In this document: piece after piece, positions 38,137-48,035 of the stretch
Numbering within the stretch: the first letter of the stretch is position 1
Layout: every line of letters begins with the position of its first letter
Notes under the pieces: generated by a model
Told to the model about the DNA's origin: nothing
The model's input: only the letters and a program-made list of their open reading frames with translations
The model's database searches: none
Translations under genes and position numbers: made by a program
Virus record (IMG/VR): IMGVR_UViG_3300030049_000007
Length of the DNA stretch: 64,000 nucleotides
Strand: one strand, 5' to 3'
From: a virus

Positions 38137-39183
38137 ATGTTAATGTCTGAATTTTTCGTAAGAGATTTAGATCCAGAAATGGGTACCGCAGTAGCAAATC
38201 GCACCTATTTACGCCGAGGGGAAAACTGGGGAGATTTGGCTAAGCGAGTTGCATTAGGTAACTCTTTACTAGACCCATCAGGAGAAAATGATAGATTGGA
38301 TTTAGAAAAAGCTATTTGCAATGCATCATTTCTTACTGCGGGTCGGCATCTTCAACATGGGGATGCAGACCAACCTAATCGAAACATAGAAGTTTTCACA
38401 AATTGTTCAACAGCTTGCACTTCTTTTATGGAATTTTTGTTACTTTTAAATGGTTCAGGTGTTGGACGTAATTATAGTGATGAATTTATGGTAACTGACT
38501 GGCGGAACATGCCGCATCTTTATTGCGTATTAAGTGCGGATCATCCTGATTTTGAAAGACAATATTTTAAAGATTATACTCCTAAAGTTAATGTAATTGC
38601 TTTAGAAGATGTTGAAGCTTATCCACAGAATCCAGATCTATTTCATGAAGTAGAAGATAGCCGTGAAGGATGGGCTAAAGCTTTAGAAATTTTAGAAGTT
38701 GCTGCATTTGAAAAACATCCTCATGATCATTATGTTTTTGATTTTAGTAAAATTCGTAAATACGGATCACCTATTAAAGGTATGCAGAATAGACCTGCTT
38801 CAGGACCATTACCTTTAATTTACGCTTTTAAACAAGTTGCTAAAGTTAAATATAATCAAGGAATGATGCCATGGATGCAGACAATAGTTATAGATCATTA
38901 TTTCTCAGAGGCAGTAGCGAACGGCGGAGCAAGAAGGTCTGCACGAATCGCAGTTAAATACTGGAGAGATAAAGAAATAATGAAATTTATTCATCTTAAG
39001 AGAGATAGACCAGAACTTTGGTCATCGAACGATTCTGTAGGAGTAGAAAATTTATTCTGGAAAGAAGCAAAAATTCTAGGATCAACTGCTAATAATCTTT
39101 ACTTAGAAATTACCAAAAGTGTATTTCAAGATCTTACTGGTGAACCAGGTCTTATCGCGCTTGATCAATTGACCATCAAATAA
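38137..39183 (+). CDS. nrdJ: Class II ribonucleotide reductase, N-terminal half
   Basis: RTYLR, AGRHL, TNC, GSGVG, DSREGW, SGP.PL, RRSA, GEPG. Confidence 0.85.
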   Translation: MLMSEFFVRDLDPEMGTAVANRTYLRRGENWGDLAKRVALGNSLLDPSGENDRLDLEKAICNASFLTAGRHLQHGDADQPNRNIEVFTNCSTACTSFMEFLLLLNGSGVGRNYSDEFMVTDWRNMPHLYCVLSADHPDFERQYFKDYTPKVNVIALEDVEAYPQNPDLFHEVEDSREGWAKALEILEVAAFEKHPHDHYVFDFSKIRKYGSPIKGMQNRPASGPLPLIYAFKQVAKVKYNQGMMPWMQTIVIDHYFSEAVANGGARRSARIAVKYWRDKEIMKFIHLKRDRPELWSSNDSVGVENLFWKEAKILGSTANNLYLEITKSVFQDLTGEPGLIALDQLTIK

Positions 39184-39197
39184 AAGGAATAATCAAT

Positions 39198-40643
39198 ATG
39201 ATTGGATCTACTAAATATCAATTATCAGAAGGTGCAAAAAAGCTTCATGAATATACATCTAATATAATTAATAAATCCAAATATCCTCATATTACTAATC
39301 CATGCGTAACTAAAGATACTCAGATTACAACTACTGATGGAATTAAATTAGTTTCTGAATTAATTGGAATCCCATTTTCCGTGAAATTTAATGGTAAAAT
39401 TTATCAATCATTAAAAGGATTCTGGTCAACAGGTAAAAGAGATATTTATAATATAACTACGAAAAATAAATCAATTAAAGCTACACCTAATCATAAATTT
39501 GGAACACATGGATATACTGGATTAGTTTGGAAAAGATTAGATGCATTTAAGGTTGGTGACTTCATTGCAACTGATGGATTAGATGAAAAAATAGTTTCAA
39601 TTACTAAATGTGATAGTGAGGAAGCTTTTGACTGTACCATTGAAGATATTCATTGCTATGTTTCTAATGGATTCTTGAGCCATAATTGTGGTGAGATCAC
39701 ATTGAAATCTGATGGCGGCTATTGTGTCATAGGGGATATCGTACCTTTTTTCTGTTCTACTTTAGATGAAGTTAAATCAACGGCAGAATTAGCTACTCGA
39801 TTTTTAATTAGAACAAATCTTATGAGTGCAATTTATTCTGATGAAGTAAAACGGACTAATCGTATCGGAATTGGAATGACATCAATTCACGAGTTTGCCT
39901 GGAAATTCTTTGGCTATGGTTTTCGTGATTTAATTGATGAGAATCTATCTCAACCATTCTGGAATTTTATTGACGAGCTACGGCAGACGGCAGAAAATGA
40001 AGCGGCCAGATACTCGCTGTCACTTAGTTTAAATATCCCACATACCGTAACCACCTTGAAGCCGAGCGGATCTATAAGTAAGCTATATAATTTAACTGAG
40101 GCAGCTCACCTTCCCTATAAACGTTATTATTTACGATGGGTTCAATTCCAAAAAGATGATCCTCTTTTAGAACAATATAAAAAAGATGGATATCCAGTAA
40201 GAGAATTAACTAGTATAGCTTCTACTAGTATTGTTGGATTTCCAACTCGTCCTCTTATTACTACTTTAGGAATGGGAGATAAATTAGTTACCGCTGCTGA
40301 AGCTACTCCAGAAGAACAGTATAAGTGGTTGATGTTATTAGAGAAATATTGGTTAGGAGAAGGAAAAAACAATCAGGTGAGCTATACTCTTTCCATACCT
40401 ACTGATAAATTCACATTAGAAGACTTTAGGGAAACGTATATTAAATATCAATCTCAAATTCGTTGTTGTACAGTATTACCAATTATTAGTGATGATACTC
40501 TTAAAACGTTATATGAATATCTTCCTAATGAGGATATATCTGAAGAAGAATTTATTGCTATTCAAAATCATATTCAGAAGAAACGGGATGTGGAATTTAG
40601 TATGGATGAGTTACAGTGTAGTTCTGGTGCATGTCCTCTCTGA
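39198..40643 (+). CDS. nrdJ: Class II ribonucleotide reductase, C-terminal half, intein-containing
   Basis: TNP[intein]CGEI, RIGIG, TLKPSGS; C-terminal CSSGACPL; own AAGGA SD. Confidence 0.85.
   Translation: MIGSTKYQLSEGAKKLHEYTSNIINKSKYPHITNPCVTKDTQITTTDGIKLVSELIGIPFSVKFNGKIYQSLKGFWSTGKRDIYNITTKNKSIKATPNHKFGTHGYTGLVWKRLDAFKVGDFIATDGLDEKIVSITKCDSEEAFDCTIEDIHCYVSNGFLSHNCGEITLKSDGGYCVIGDIVPFFCSTLDEVKSTAELATRFLIRTNLMSAIYSDEVKRTNRIGIGMTSIHEFAWKFFGYGFRDLIDENLSQPFWNFIDELRQTAENEAARYSLSLSLNIPHTVTTLKPSGSISKLYNLTEAAHLPYKRYYLRWVQFQKDDPLLEQYKKDGYPVRELTSIASTSIVGFPTRPLITTLGMGDKLVTAAEATPEEQYKWLMLLEKYWLGEGKNNQVSYTLSIPTDKFTLEDFRETYIKYQSQIRCCTVLPIISDDTLKTLYEYLPNEDISEEEFIAIQNHIQKKRDVEFSMDELQCSSGACPL
39303..39686 (+). 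mobile_element. Mini-intein (128 aa, no homing endonuclease)
   Basis: Starts CVTKDT; block B ATPNHKF; ends SHN before the catalytic Cys. Confidence 0.9.
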
Positions 40644-40660
40644 ATAAGATAATAGATAAA

Positions 40661-40690
40661 AGAAAAGCCCCATTACTGGGGCTTTATTTA
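40661..40690. terminator. Bidirectional terminator
   Basis: AAAGCCCCA-TTAC-TGGGGCTTT between convergent genes. Confidence 0.8.
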
Positions 40691-40912
40691 TTTCTGGACT
40701 TTTACGAGATGATGGTCTGGATAATCAGGATCATATCCGATTCCATCATAGTATTTAAATACAGCTTCTGCTTCTTGTTCGTATTCTTGTTGTACTTCTC
40801 CTTCATACTTTAACTGATCGGAGTCTAAGCATCCTGTTCTTTTATCCCGCTCCCAATTCTCCTTTGCTAAAAGAGCGATAGCTTCCTTTAATGGAAGAAT
40901 AATCTCTTTCAT
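40688..40912 (-). CDS. Hypothetical protein
   Basis: AGGAG SD. Confidence 0.6.
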   Translation of the reverse strand: MKEIILPLKEAIALLAKENWERDKRTGCLDSDQLKYEGEVQQEYEQEAEAVFKYYDGIGYDPDYPDHHLVKVQK

Positions 40913-40931
40913 TTTCTTCTCCTATGAGAAA

Positions 40932-41471
40932 TTAATCCCACAAACTCTGCCAATGACGAGCCAAAAGAATTTTAGCTCGAAATGCCTTCTTGTTTAGTGG
41001 AGCAGCCCATGCATCATAAAGTTCTTTATTGAATCTAGGAGTTTCAGTTTCTTTCATTTGAAAACAACCTTCATGATCAGGAGAAGGAATCCATTCAATA
41101 GGTTCTTTACTGAAGGTACCTTCAGGAACAGTGTCTTTGTCCCGCAGTTCTTGTGAAGCTTCCAATCCATCAATAATTTCTTGAAGGATAGAATCCCATT
41201 TTTCCATACTTAAACCATTAGGATATCCATTCGTGTATTTCTTAAGATTTCGAATCATTCCCAATATTACAGATTCGAGATAAGAATCCATATCCCAACG
41301 ATCACAAGAGGCGTATCCTCTATAACCTCTTTGACAAAAATACTTAATAGTTCTCCAGTAAGTATTGGGGTTAATCCAATGCCACCAGAAACGCCAAACT
41401 GGATGATGCCAATTAATGAAAGCCCTATAACCACTAGAGCGAAGTGGGTAAAAACCTAGAGAGTAGTGCAT
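40932..41471 (-). CDS. Hypothetical phage protein
   Basis: QRG.RG....D.W.MD and GYP..L..E.W..IL patterns, W-D terminus. Confidence 0.6.
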   Translation of the reverse strand: MHYSLGFYPLRSSGYRAFINWHHPVWRFWWHWINPNTYWRTIKYFCQRGYRGYASCDRWDMDSYLESVILGMIRNLKKYTNGYPNGLSMEKWDSILQEIIDGLEASQELRDKDTVPEGTFSKEPIEWIPSPDHEGCFQMKETETPRFNKELYDAWAAPLNKKAFRAKILLARHWQSLWD

Positions 41472-41621
41472 TTAAAATTCCTTATGAAGATGAATTCTTG
41501 TTTTGAGAAGATTTTTCAAACCAATTTTAAAAGAATTATATTTGAAATGACAAATCCAATCCTGCCAATTATAGTTATATTGGCCACAACCACACTTGAA
41601 ACGAATAAACATTTCATCTCC

Positions 41622-41813
41622 TCAAATTGTAGCATGTTTGAAAAGAAACTTTCTATCCGCATCGGTCATCCGAAAATGAATTTTCTTTGTCATTTCGAAT
41701 GCATGATCCAAAATGATCTTTCTATCCAAAGAACCGTAATGCTTTTTGCAAAAATTCATTGCACCGATAAAGTCAGGTAGATATACCTGTCCGCGATAAA
41801 TGTCATTTGACAT
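41622..41813 (-). CDS. Hypothetical early protein
   Basis: GGAGG SD directly after the promoter motif. Confidence 0.6.
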   Translation of the reverse strand: MSNDIYRGQVYLPDFIGAMNFCKKHYGSLDRKIILDHAFEMTKKIHFRMTDADRKFLFKHATI

Positions 41814-41820
41814 ATATTAC

Positions 41821-41839
41821 CTCCATATATATTATAACA
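41821..41839 (-). promoter_or_regulatory. Promoter motif TGTTATAATATATATGGAG
   Basis: Third copy; divergent from the TGCTACAAT promoter of the phosphoesterase gene. Confidence 0.7.
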
Positions 41840-41950
41840 AAATAACATCAATTATTGCATATTCAAAAAATGTGTCACACGTAACTTTCCTGTTACCACT
41901 ATCTTGACGTAAACATTCGTGCTACAATACTTATGATCGTAGGAGAACCA

Positions 41951-43045
41951 ATGGTAATTAAGAGTAAAATTAAAGATCCAGAATTAGCTAATCGTGATGA
42001 GAAAATACGTCTACTTAATCTTGATCTTAAGAAGCTACAGCGCGAAGCAGTAAATGATAGAACTATAAGATCTGAAATATTTAAATTATCTAATGTAAAA
42101 TATAAAACTCCAAAATGGCTCAATGATAAAAAGGAAATTAATAGGAACTCATCACCAGGGGTTCCTATTTTAATATTATCTGATTGGCATGGTGGTGAGG
42201 TTGTCAATCCTAAAGAAATCTATAATGTCAATAAATATAATTTAGAAATAATGGAAAAACGTGCTAAGACCTTAATTGAAACTACAGTTAACCTTTTAAA
42301 ATATAGTAACTCACTAGCACCAATCTACCCTGGAATAGTAGTTCCAATTTTAGGTGATATGATTAGTGGAGATATTCACGAAGAACTTCGAGAAAGTAAT
42401 GAACTTCCCAGTATTCCAACCGTAGTATACATGTCAAATATTTTAATAAAATGTTTAGATATTTTAATCAAAGAGTTTAATTATGTATTCGTGCCATGCG
42501 TTACGGGAAACCATGGACGTAATACATTGAAAATGCGTGCCAAACAACGTGCATATACTAGTTACGATTGGCTTCTTTATCAAATGTTAGAAAGTCATTA
42601 TTCTCTAAAATATAAAGATACAGAATCTCCAATTCAGTTTATGATTCCTCTTTCTCCAGATCAATCATTTAAAGTATATAATACAAAATTTCTTATTACT
42701 CATGGGGATACATTAGGTAAGGGTGGTGATGGGATCATCGGTGCTATGGGACCTATTATAAGGGGAGACCAAAAAACTAGAGCCCGCAATTTACAAATTG
42801 GTATACCTTATGATATTATGTTATTGGGGCATTATCATCAATTAGTTTGGCATTCTAGATTTATTTCAAATGGATCACTTGTAGGATATAATTGTTATGC
42901 TTCAAATGTTTTACGTGCTCCATTTGAACCTCCTAAGCAGGCATTATTTATTGTCCATCCGGATCATAATGTCACAATGAAAATGGATGTATTAGTAGAA
43001 CATGAAATAAAAAAGAAGACAGAATGGGTTTCCATAGCTAAATAA
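41951..43045 (+). CDS. Calcineurin-like metallophosphoesterase/nuclease
   Basis: SDWH, GDMISG, GNHG, HGD, GHYH; AGGAG SD favours the ATG at 41951. Confidence 0.85.
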   Translation: MVIKSKIKDPELANRDEKIRLLNLDLKKLQREAVNDRTIRSEIFKLSNVKYKTPKWLNDKKEINRNSSPGVPILILSDWHGGEVVNPKEIYNVNKYNLEIMEKRAKTLIETTVNLLKYSNSLAPIYPGIVVPILGDMISGDIHEELRESNELPSIPTVVYMSNILIKCLDILIKEFNYVFVPCVTGNHGRNTLKMRAKQRAYTSYDWLLYQMLESHYSLKYKDTESPIQFMIPLSPDQSFKVYNTKFLITHGDTLGKGGDGIIGAMGPIIRGDQKTRARNLQIGIPYDIMLLGHYHQLVWHSRFISNGSLVGYNCYASNVLRAPFEPPKQALFIVHPDHNVTMKMDVLVEHEIKKKTEWVSIAK

Positions 43046-43072
43046 AAATTGCCCCTTAATGGGGCATTTTTA
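43044..43072. terminator. Bidirectional terminator
   Basis: TGCCCC-TTAAT-GGGGCA flanked by A and T runs. Confidence 0.75.
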
Positions 43073-43339
43073 TTATTCCTGAGTAAAGATAACTTTATAG
43101 TTCTTAGGAAGAATTTCCCAGTATTCACTATCAGTTACATTTATCCAATCAGTACTAAATTTACCAACTTCCCAAGTCTCATCTTCATCAGACAAAACAA
43201 GACCAGCATTCATATTTGTAAACAATACAATATTTCCATGCTTCTTAAGACGAGCTAAAAGAGGAAACTTAATAGGTTCAACTTGAATATCATTATTTTT
43301 AAATTCAATCTTCATTTTTAGGCTTCTCCTCAGATTCAA
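43073..43339 (-). CDS. Hypothetical protein (likely start MKIEFK)
   Basis: GAGGAG SD upstream of the internal ATG. Confidence 0.55.
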   Translation of the reverse strand: MNLRRSLKMKIEFKNNDIQVEPIKFPLLARLKKHGNIVLFTNMNAGLVLSDEDETWEVGKFSTDWINVTDSEYWEILPKNYKVIFTQE

Positions 43340-43413
43340 GAATATGTTCAGCGGTTTTTACGATAATTTCAGCCCATCTTTTAATTTCAGTTACTATTTC
43401 AGGAAAGTCCATA

Positions 43414-43761
43414 TTACCATCCTTGAACATAAATCATGGTAAGTTCGTCTTTATCTTCCATAAATTCTTCTAGAAGATTAAGTAAACTTTTTTCGAAATT
43501 ACGTTCTTCATCAAGTTCTGATCTACTTTTAAGGCATTGTATAATATTCTTTAAATAAATAAGACTATATTCCATACCTGCTGTACAATTATCTAAATCA
43601 TCGCATATAATTTCATCACATAAATATTTAAAATATTCATCTCCTATTTCGTAAGATGAAGCAAGTTCTCCACATAAATCTTCTAAACTATAAACTTCAA
43701 AATTAACTGGTTGTAACATCTGCGCATTTCTCCGAACAACAGTTCTCATCATTCTTACCAT
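43414..43761 (-). CDS. Acidic hypothetical protein
   Basis: ORF within a dense minus-strand operon. Confidence 0.5.
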   Translation of the reverse strand: MVRMMRTVVRRNAQMLQPVNFEVYSLEDLCGELASSYEIGDEYFKYLCDEIICDDLDNCTAGMEYSLIYLKNIIQCLKSRSELDEERNFEKSLLNLLEEFMEDKDELTMIYVQGW

Positions 43762-44449
43762 AAACTACTTCATTTTCATTTACCTTTTTTCCACAAATTT
43801 CACAATCAACTCCAGCCTCTTTATAACAAGATGGGCAAAGCCATTGATTTTCAAATTCTTGTAATTCTGTATTTCTATAGTCTTCTTCACAACTTTCGCA
43901 ATGGCTAATTATATTATTCATACAAGTTTCACAAAATACTTTATCCATATTTTGAATATAGAAAGTTTCATCTTCATGAAATAATCCACCGCATTCATCA
44001 CATTCTTGATATTTATTAAAACAAGTTTGACACATTAACTTTCCATCAATTCTGGCCCAATCAGATTCTAATTTTATATAAGATTCAATATCTGAAGATT
44101 CATTTAAACAATAAAATCCTAAATCACCATAGATAATCTTTTCTTTTCCAGAATAATAAATTTTATTTACATCAATGGAATATTTTTCACCGCATTCTTC
44201 ACAATGACAAATTTCTACATAATCTGTTTCTGGGCCGTAAGATTTATTTGATTCAATAATAATATTACCTTCTAAGGAAGTTTCATTGTCCATATGTTCC
44301 ATAATGGACAATTCATTTTTCTTCTCGCCTAAGCAAGCAGGGCAACCGATTCCCTGCTTGATTGAGTCGGCTTCCCAAGCTGCTACGTCGCCATGGTTTA
44401 ATCCATATACATCCCATGGTTCACCACACTTGATACATTTAATATCCAT
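43703..44449 (-). CDS. Multi-CxxC zinc-finger protein
   Basis: About ten CxxC pairs. Confidence 0.7.
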   Translation of the reverse strand: MDIKCIKCGEPWDVYGLNHGDVAAWEADSIKQGIGCPACLGEKKNELSIMEHMDNETSLEGNIIIESNKSYGPETDYVEICHCEECGEKYSIDVNKIYYSGKEKIIYGDLGFYCLNESSDIESYIKLESDWARIDGKLMCQTCFNKYQECDECGGLFHEDETFYIQNMDKVFCETCMNNIISHCESCEEDYRNTELQEFENQWLCPSCYKEAGVDCEICGKKVNENEVVYGKNDENCCSEKCADVTTS

Positions 44450-44919
44450 TAGTCATATTCCATAAAAAGATCAGAAACAACAATCTTCATATTTTTAGTT
44501 TGCATGAAACAATGAGGACCAAAATCAAGTTTAAATCTAATCTTACTAAAATAATCAAATGTTAAAATTTCTTGTACAATTCTATCTTTAATCCAAACTT
44601 TTTCATTGATAGCATTTTTAATAATTTCCAATCGCGTAATCTTTTTAACATCAACTATAGGATACAATTCTTCACGTCTAATAATATAAATTTTATTAAT
44701 CACATCTTCTACGAGATCATAAATCTTTGGAATATGTTGATATTTACCATTTTCTAACGCATGTTTATAATATAAATATTTAGGATATTCTTTAGTTACT
44801 ACAATTACCTTATTGTTATTACAATCATATATTCGTGTCTTAGGACTTTCGTAGATACATCCATAATCGCAATCAAGACTGTTTGTTAGATTCTGTAAAA
44901 TACCGTTCTTGAGCTTCAT
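44449..44919 (-). CDS. Possible degenerate protein-kinase-like protein
   Basis: HIPKIY..., REEL, LDFGPHCFM......VVSD spacing like a kinase catalytic loop. Confidence 0.35.
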   Translation of the reverse strand: MKLKNGILQNLTNSLDCDYGCIYESPKTRIYDCNNNKVIVVTKEYPKYLYYKHALENGKYQHIPKIYDLVEDVINKIYIIRREELYPIVDVKKITRLEIIKNAINEKVWIKDRIVQEILTFDYFSKIRFKLDFGPHCFMQTKNMKIVVSDLFMEYD

Positions 44920-45490
44920 GAATTTCTTCCTTAATAGTTTCTACTAGTTGATCATATTCCCAAAAATAATCTGTAGATGCATCAAGTCTAACTTTAGGTT
45001 TAGATTCACAAGCCTCATAATAATGAAGAAGTTCTCGTAATGCCAAATATCCATCTTCGACAAAACTTTGCTGATCTTCAGGTGAATGTAATTTCCAATC
45101 CCATTCACCATAACCATCCATTCCTGCACCGATTTGAGATTTAAGATTATCAGATTCAAGTGTGAATTCTACATTATAATAATTATGATTAGTAATTTTT
45201 AAAGTAATTGAATCATCAAATAATCTACTTACTTCATTATAAAAAAATGATTCAATTTCATCTAAAATATATTCGTAAACATCTTTTCCAGATTTAATAT
45301 GTTTTTCAATAATGTCTCTAGCTATATCTTGACATTCGTAACTATCATCACTTAATTCATCTTTAAAATAAAGCCATTCAGTTTGACCTTCATCATCCAT
45401 TATAGCTTCATCTATTCGTTCAATTATATCTTTATCAATATTAAATAATTGAATAAAATTTTCAAAGGATTCCTTGTAATTATAGATCAT
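44873..45490 (-). CDS. Highly acidic hypothetical protein
   Basis: Asp/Glu-rich, 205 aa. Confidence 0.6.
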   Translation of the reverse strand: MIYNYKESFENFIQLFNIDKDIIERIDEAIMDDEGQTEWLYFKDELSDDSYECQDIARDIIEKHIKSGKDVYEYILDEIESFFYNEVSRLFDDSITLKITNHNYYNVEFTLESDNLKSQIGAGMDGYGEWDWKLHSPEDQQSFVEDGYLALRELLHYYEACESKPKVRLDASTDYFWEYDQLVETIKEEIHEAQERYFTESNKQS

Positions 45491-45492
45491 TA

Positions 45493-46236
45493 TTAATAAC
45501 CCGCTTCTTCTGCACGATAATCTCTTTTACAACTACGTTTATTAGTATTGATAGACCATGGAGAACTATATTTTAAATCTTGTTCGTAGTATTCATCAGA
45601 ATAACTTTGAGTGTAATTTACTTTGCAAACTTCTTTATCTGCATAATCACCATAACTCATATAGAAATTATGATATTCAATTGGTCCATCACAATCACTT
45701 CCACCAGTTTCATTGGTAATTTCCCAATAAGGAAATCCTTGTTCATCTAATACTAATTCAATATATAAATGTCCATAATCATGACCTTCATCAGTACGTT
45801 CATAGTAATTAATTTGCGCACTACCATGAACAAGTTCAAGAATAAAATATTGTCTATAAGCTGGAATTTTAAGAACTTCACCAGTATTCTGGTCAAAAAG
45901 AAAACGACCTTCATTATCTTGAATTGATTCATTTTCAAGATTAGTATTAAAGAAAACTTTACCATAACCATCAATGATATTAAAATGTCTATTTTCTACT
46001 GGTTCACGAATATAGAAAGATTTTGGAAATTTAAATTCAACAATTTCATATTTATCTTTTTCATTAGGAAATTCTTTTTCAAGTATCTTTTCTGTATATT
46101 CTTTATTATTGGCAAAATAATAATATCCAGCAAGACTCTCGTATAAATTATTACCAGTAGTGAATGGAAATTCTTTTTCTCCAGAATATTCGGTTGGAAA
46201 TAATTTTGTTTCTTTATTGCGAATGATGTACATCAT
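45493..46236 (-). CDS. Hypothetical protein
   Basis: DCDG and C-terminal RDYRAEEAGY motifs. Confidence 0.6.
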   Translation of the reverse strand: MMYIIRNKETKLFPTEYSGEKEFPFTTGNNLYESLAGYYYFANNKEYTEKILEKEFPNEKDKYEIVEFKFPKSFYIREPVENRHFNIIDGYGKVFFNTNLENESIQDNEGRFLFDQNTGEVLKIPAYRQYFILELVHGSAQINYYERTDEGHDYGHLYIELVLDEQGFPYWEITNETGGSDCDGPIEYHNFYMSYGDYADKEVCKVNYTQSYSDEYYEQDLKYSSPWSINTNKRSCKRDYRAEEAGY

Positions 46237-46622
46237 GGAATATATTCAAATTTAAGTTTACCTTCTTCGGCTAGAATATTATAAATCTCTTCATTATTTT
46301 CTACATTATCAATTTCTTCACTATACATTTCCTTAAAAGTTTCACATTTTGGATAACTTTCTGGATCTAATTCAAATTCTTTAACTAGCATTACTTTGAT
46401 TTTTGGCATATCTATTTATTCCTTTTATGACGATTAATAGAAGCTAACTTACGACGTTCATGTCGATTATAACTATTAAATTCAGATTGAGTCATTTCTT
46501 TACGACGAATAACCACTTCACCCTCACGCAATTCAGAGATCATTTTATTTCGAATCTCATCTTCATCTTTACCAGTATAAACTTTTTGAACAATTTCATC
46601 TTTATAGCGAGTTTCTTGCATA

Positions 46623-47906
46623 TTAGTTTCCTCGAATTTTAATTGCGCCAGCATGACGCGGGATCCCATACTTACTTAATATCTGATAAGTAAATTCTAG
46701 ACTTAATCCAATATAATCTTGCTTATTATTCCAAATTTCTTGACGCTTTTCATGAGAAAGTTTTCCGGGTGCAATTTCAAAAGTTTTATCAAGCCATTTA
46801 ACCATGAACTTTCCAACCATACCTTGATGACTAGCTTCCCCCTCTAAAATATCTACAATCTTACCTTCTGTTGATTCTTGAGGTTTAATCTTAATCCAAT
46901 CATCACTTCTCTTAGTCCCAACAGAAGGACTATAGATATGATCAATTGTTTTCAATACCGCACCCTCATACTTTTGTTCTAGAAATTGTTGATAATAACC
47001 ATCAATTAAAGTATAGAATTGATCTTCGTTAGAAGGAGTAATTTTAAAAGATGGAATAACTCTAAAATTAATTAATGAAGGTGTATTATTAATTAACATA
47101 CAAGTTCTTTCATAAACACTTTCGTACGTTTCGGTATGATTTTTACTTAACCATTGAGTTAATTTATAACTTCCAAAGAGAGTTAAGATAGAATCTTCAA
47201 CTTGTTCAGTTTTACGTCGAATAGCTCCAACCTCTTCTAAACAAGCTCCAGATTCTACTTCACCATCCATAACAAAACAACTATCCCAAAATGCATCATT
47301 AACTTGTTTTTCAAGAATTTGCAAGGATGTAATATCTTTTCCAGTACGTGTATAAAATTTAATTCCTTGATTTGGATATTTAATTCCAATACATCTCATA
47401 CCATCAATTTTTGGCTGAATAACATATGAGTTATTAAATTTAATATTCTTTACTTTATCTAATCTTTTAGCAAACATTACTTCAAATTGTTTAATATTTA
47501 ACTTCTTACAATACTTATTCACATCTGTAGCATTAATACCAAGACGTAACTTATTGTCGAGAATATTAAGAAACATCTCAACTTCATCAGAACCATTTAA
47601 TTGATTAGCAAAATCAATACATTTCTGATTAGCTGCATTACCTCTAAGCTCTTCTGAAGATAGGATATTTAATAGGCTAAAAAGTTCTTCGTCTAACTCT
47701 TGGTTAGATTTAAATGACAATAGACCAATATCAGAAAGTCCAGAATTAATTTTATCTACAACAGCAAAAAACCTCACATCTTTATCAAAAATAATATTAA
47801 GTAATTTTGGATAAAAATCTCCTTGATTGGCAATTTCATCTAATAAATAAGCTTTATCAATCTTCTTCCCAACTTGACCGATCTGTACTAATTGTTTCAA
47901 GATCAT
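46623..47906 (-). CDS. ATP-dependent DNA ligase
   Basis: QPKIDGMR, MDGE, EGAVLK, WIKIKP, PRH. Confidence 0.92.
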   Translation of the reverse strand: MILKQLVQIGQVGKKIDKAYLLDEIANQGDFYPKLLNIIFDKDVRFFAVVDKINSGLSDIGLLSFKSNQELDEELFSLLNILSSEELRGNAANQKCIDFANQLNGSDEVEMFLNILDNKLRLGINATDVNKYCKKLNIKQFEVMFAKRLDKVKNIKFNNSYVIQPKIDGMRCIGIKYPNQGIKFYTRTGKDITSLQILEKQVNDAFWDSCFVMDGEVESGACLEEVGAIRRKTEQVEDSILTLFGSYKLTQWLSKNHTETYESVYERTCMLINNTPSLINFRVIPSFKITPSNEDQFYTLIDGYYQQFLEQKYEGAVLKTIDHIYSPSVGTKRSDDWIKIKPQESTEGKIVDILEGEASHQGMVGKFMVKWLDKTFEIAPGKLSHEKRQEIWNNKQDYIGLSLEFTYQILSKYGIPRHAGAIKIRGN

Positions 47907-48035
47907 CTATGTAAACTCCACAGATAGAACATCTCTCATTGAGGAAGTTCTTATCATTATTCATTATAGGAAGGTGATTACTACGCGCATGTTTAGCGCA
48001 ATAGCAGTCACCGTATTCAGGATCGTAATATCCAA

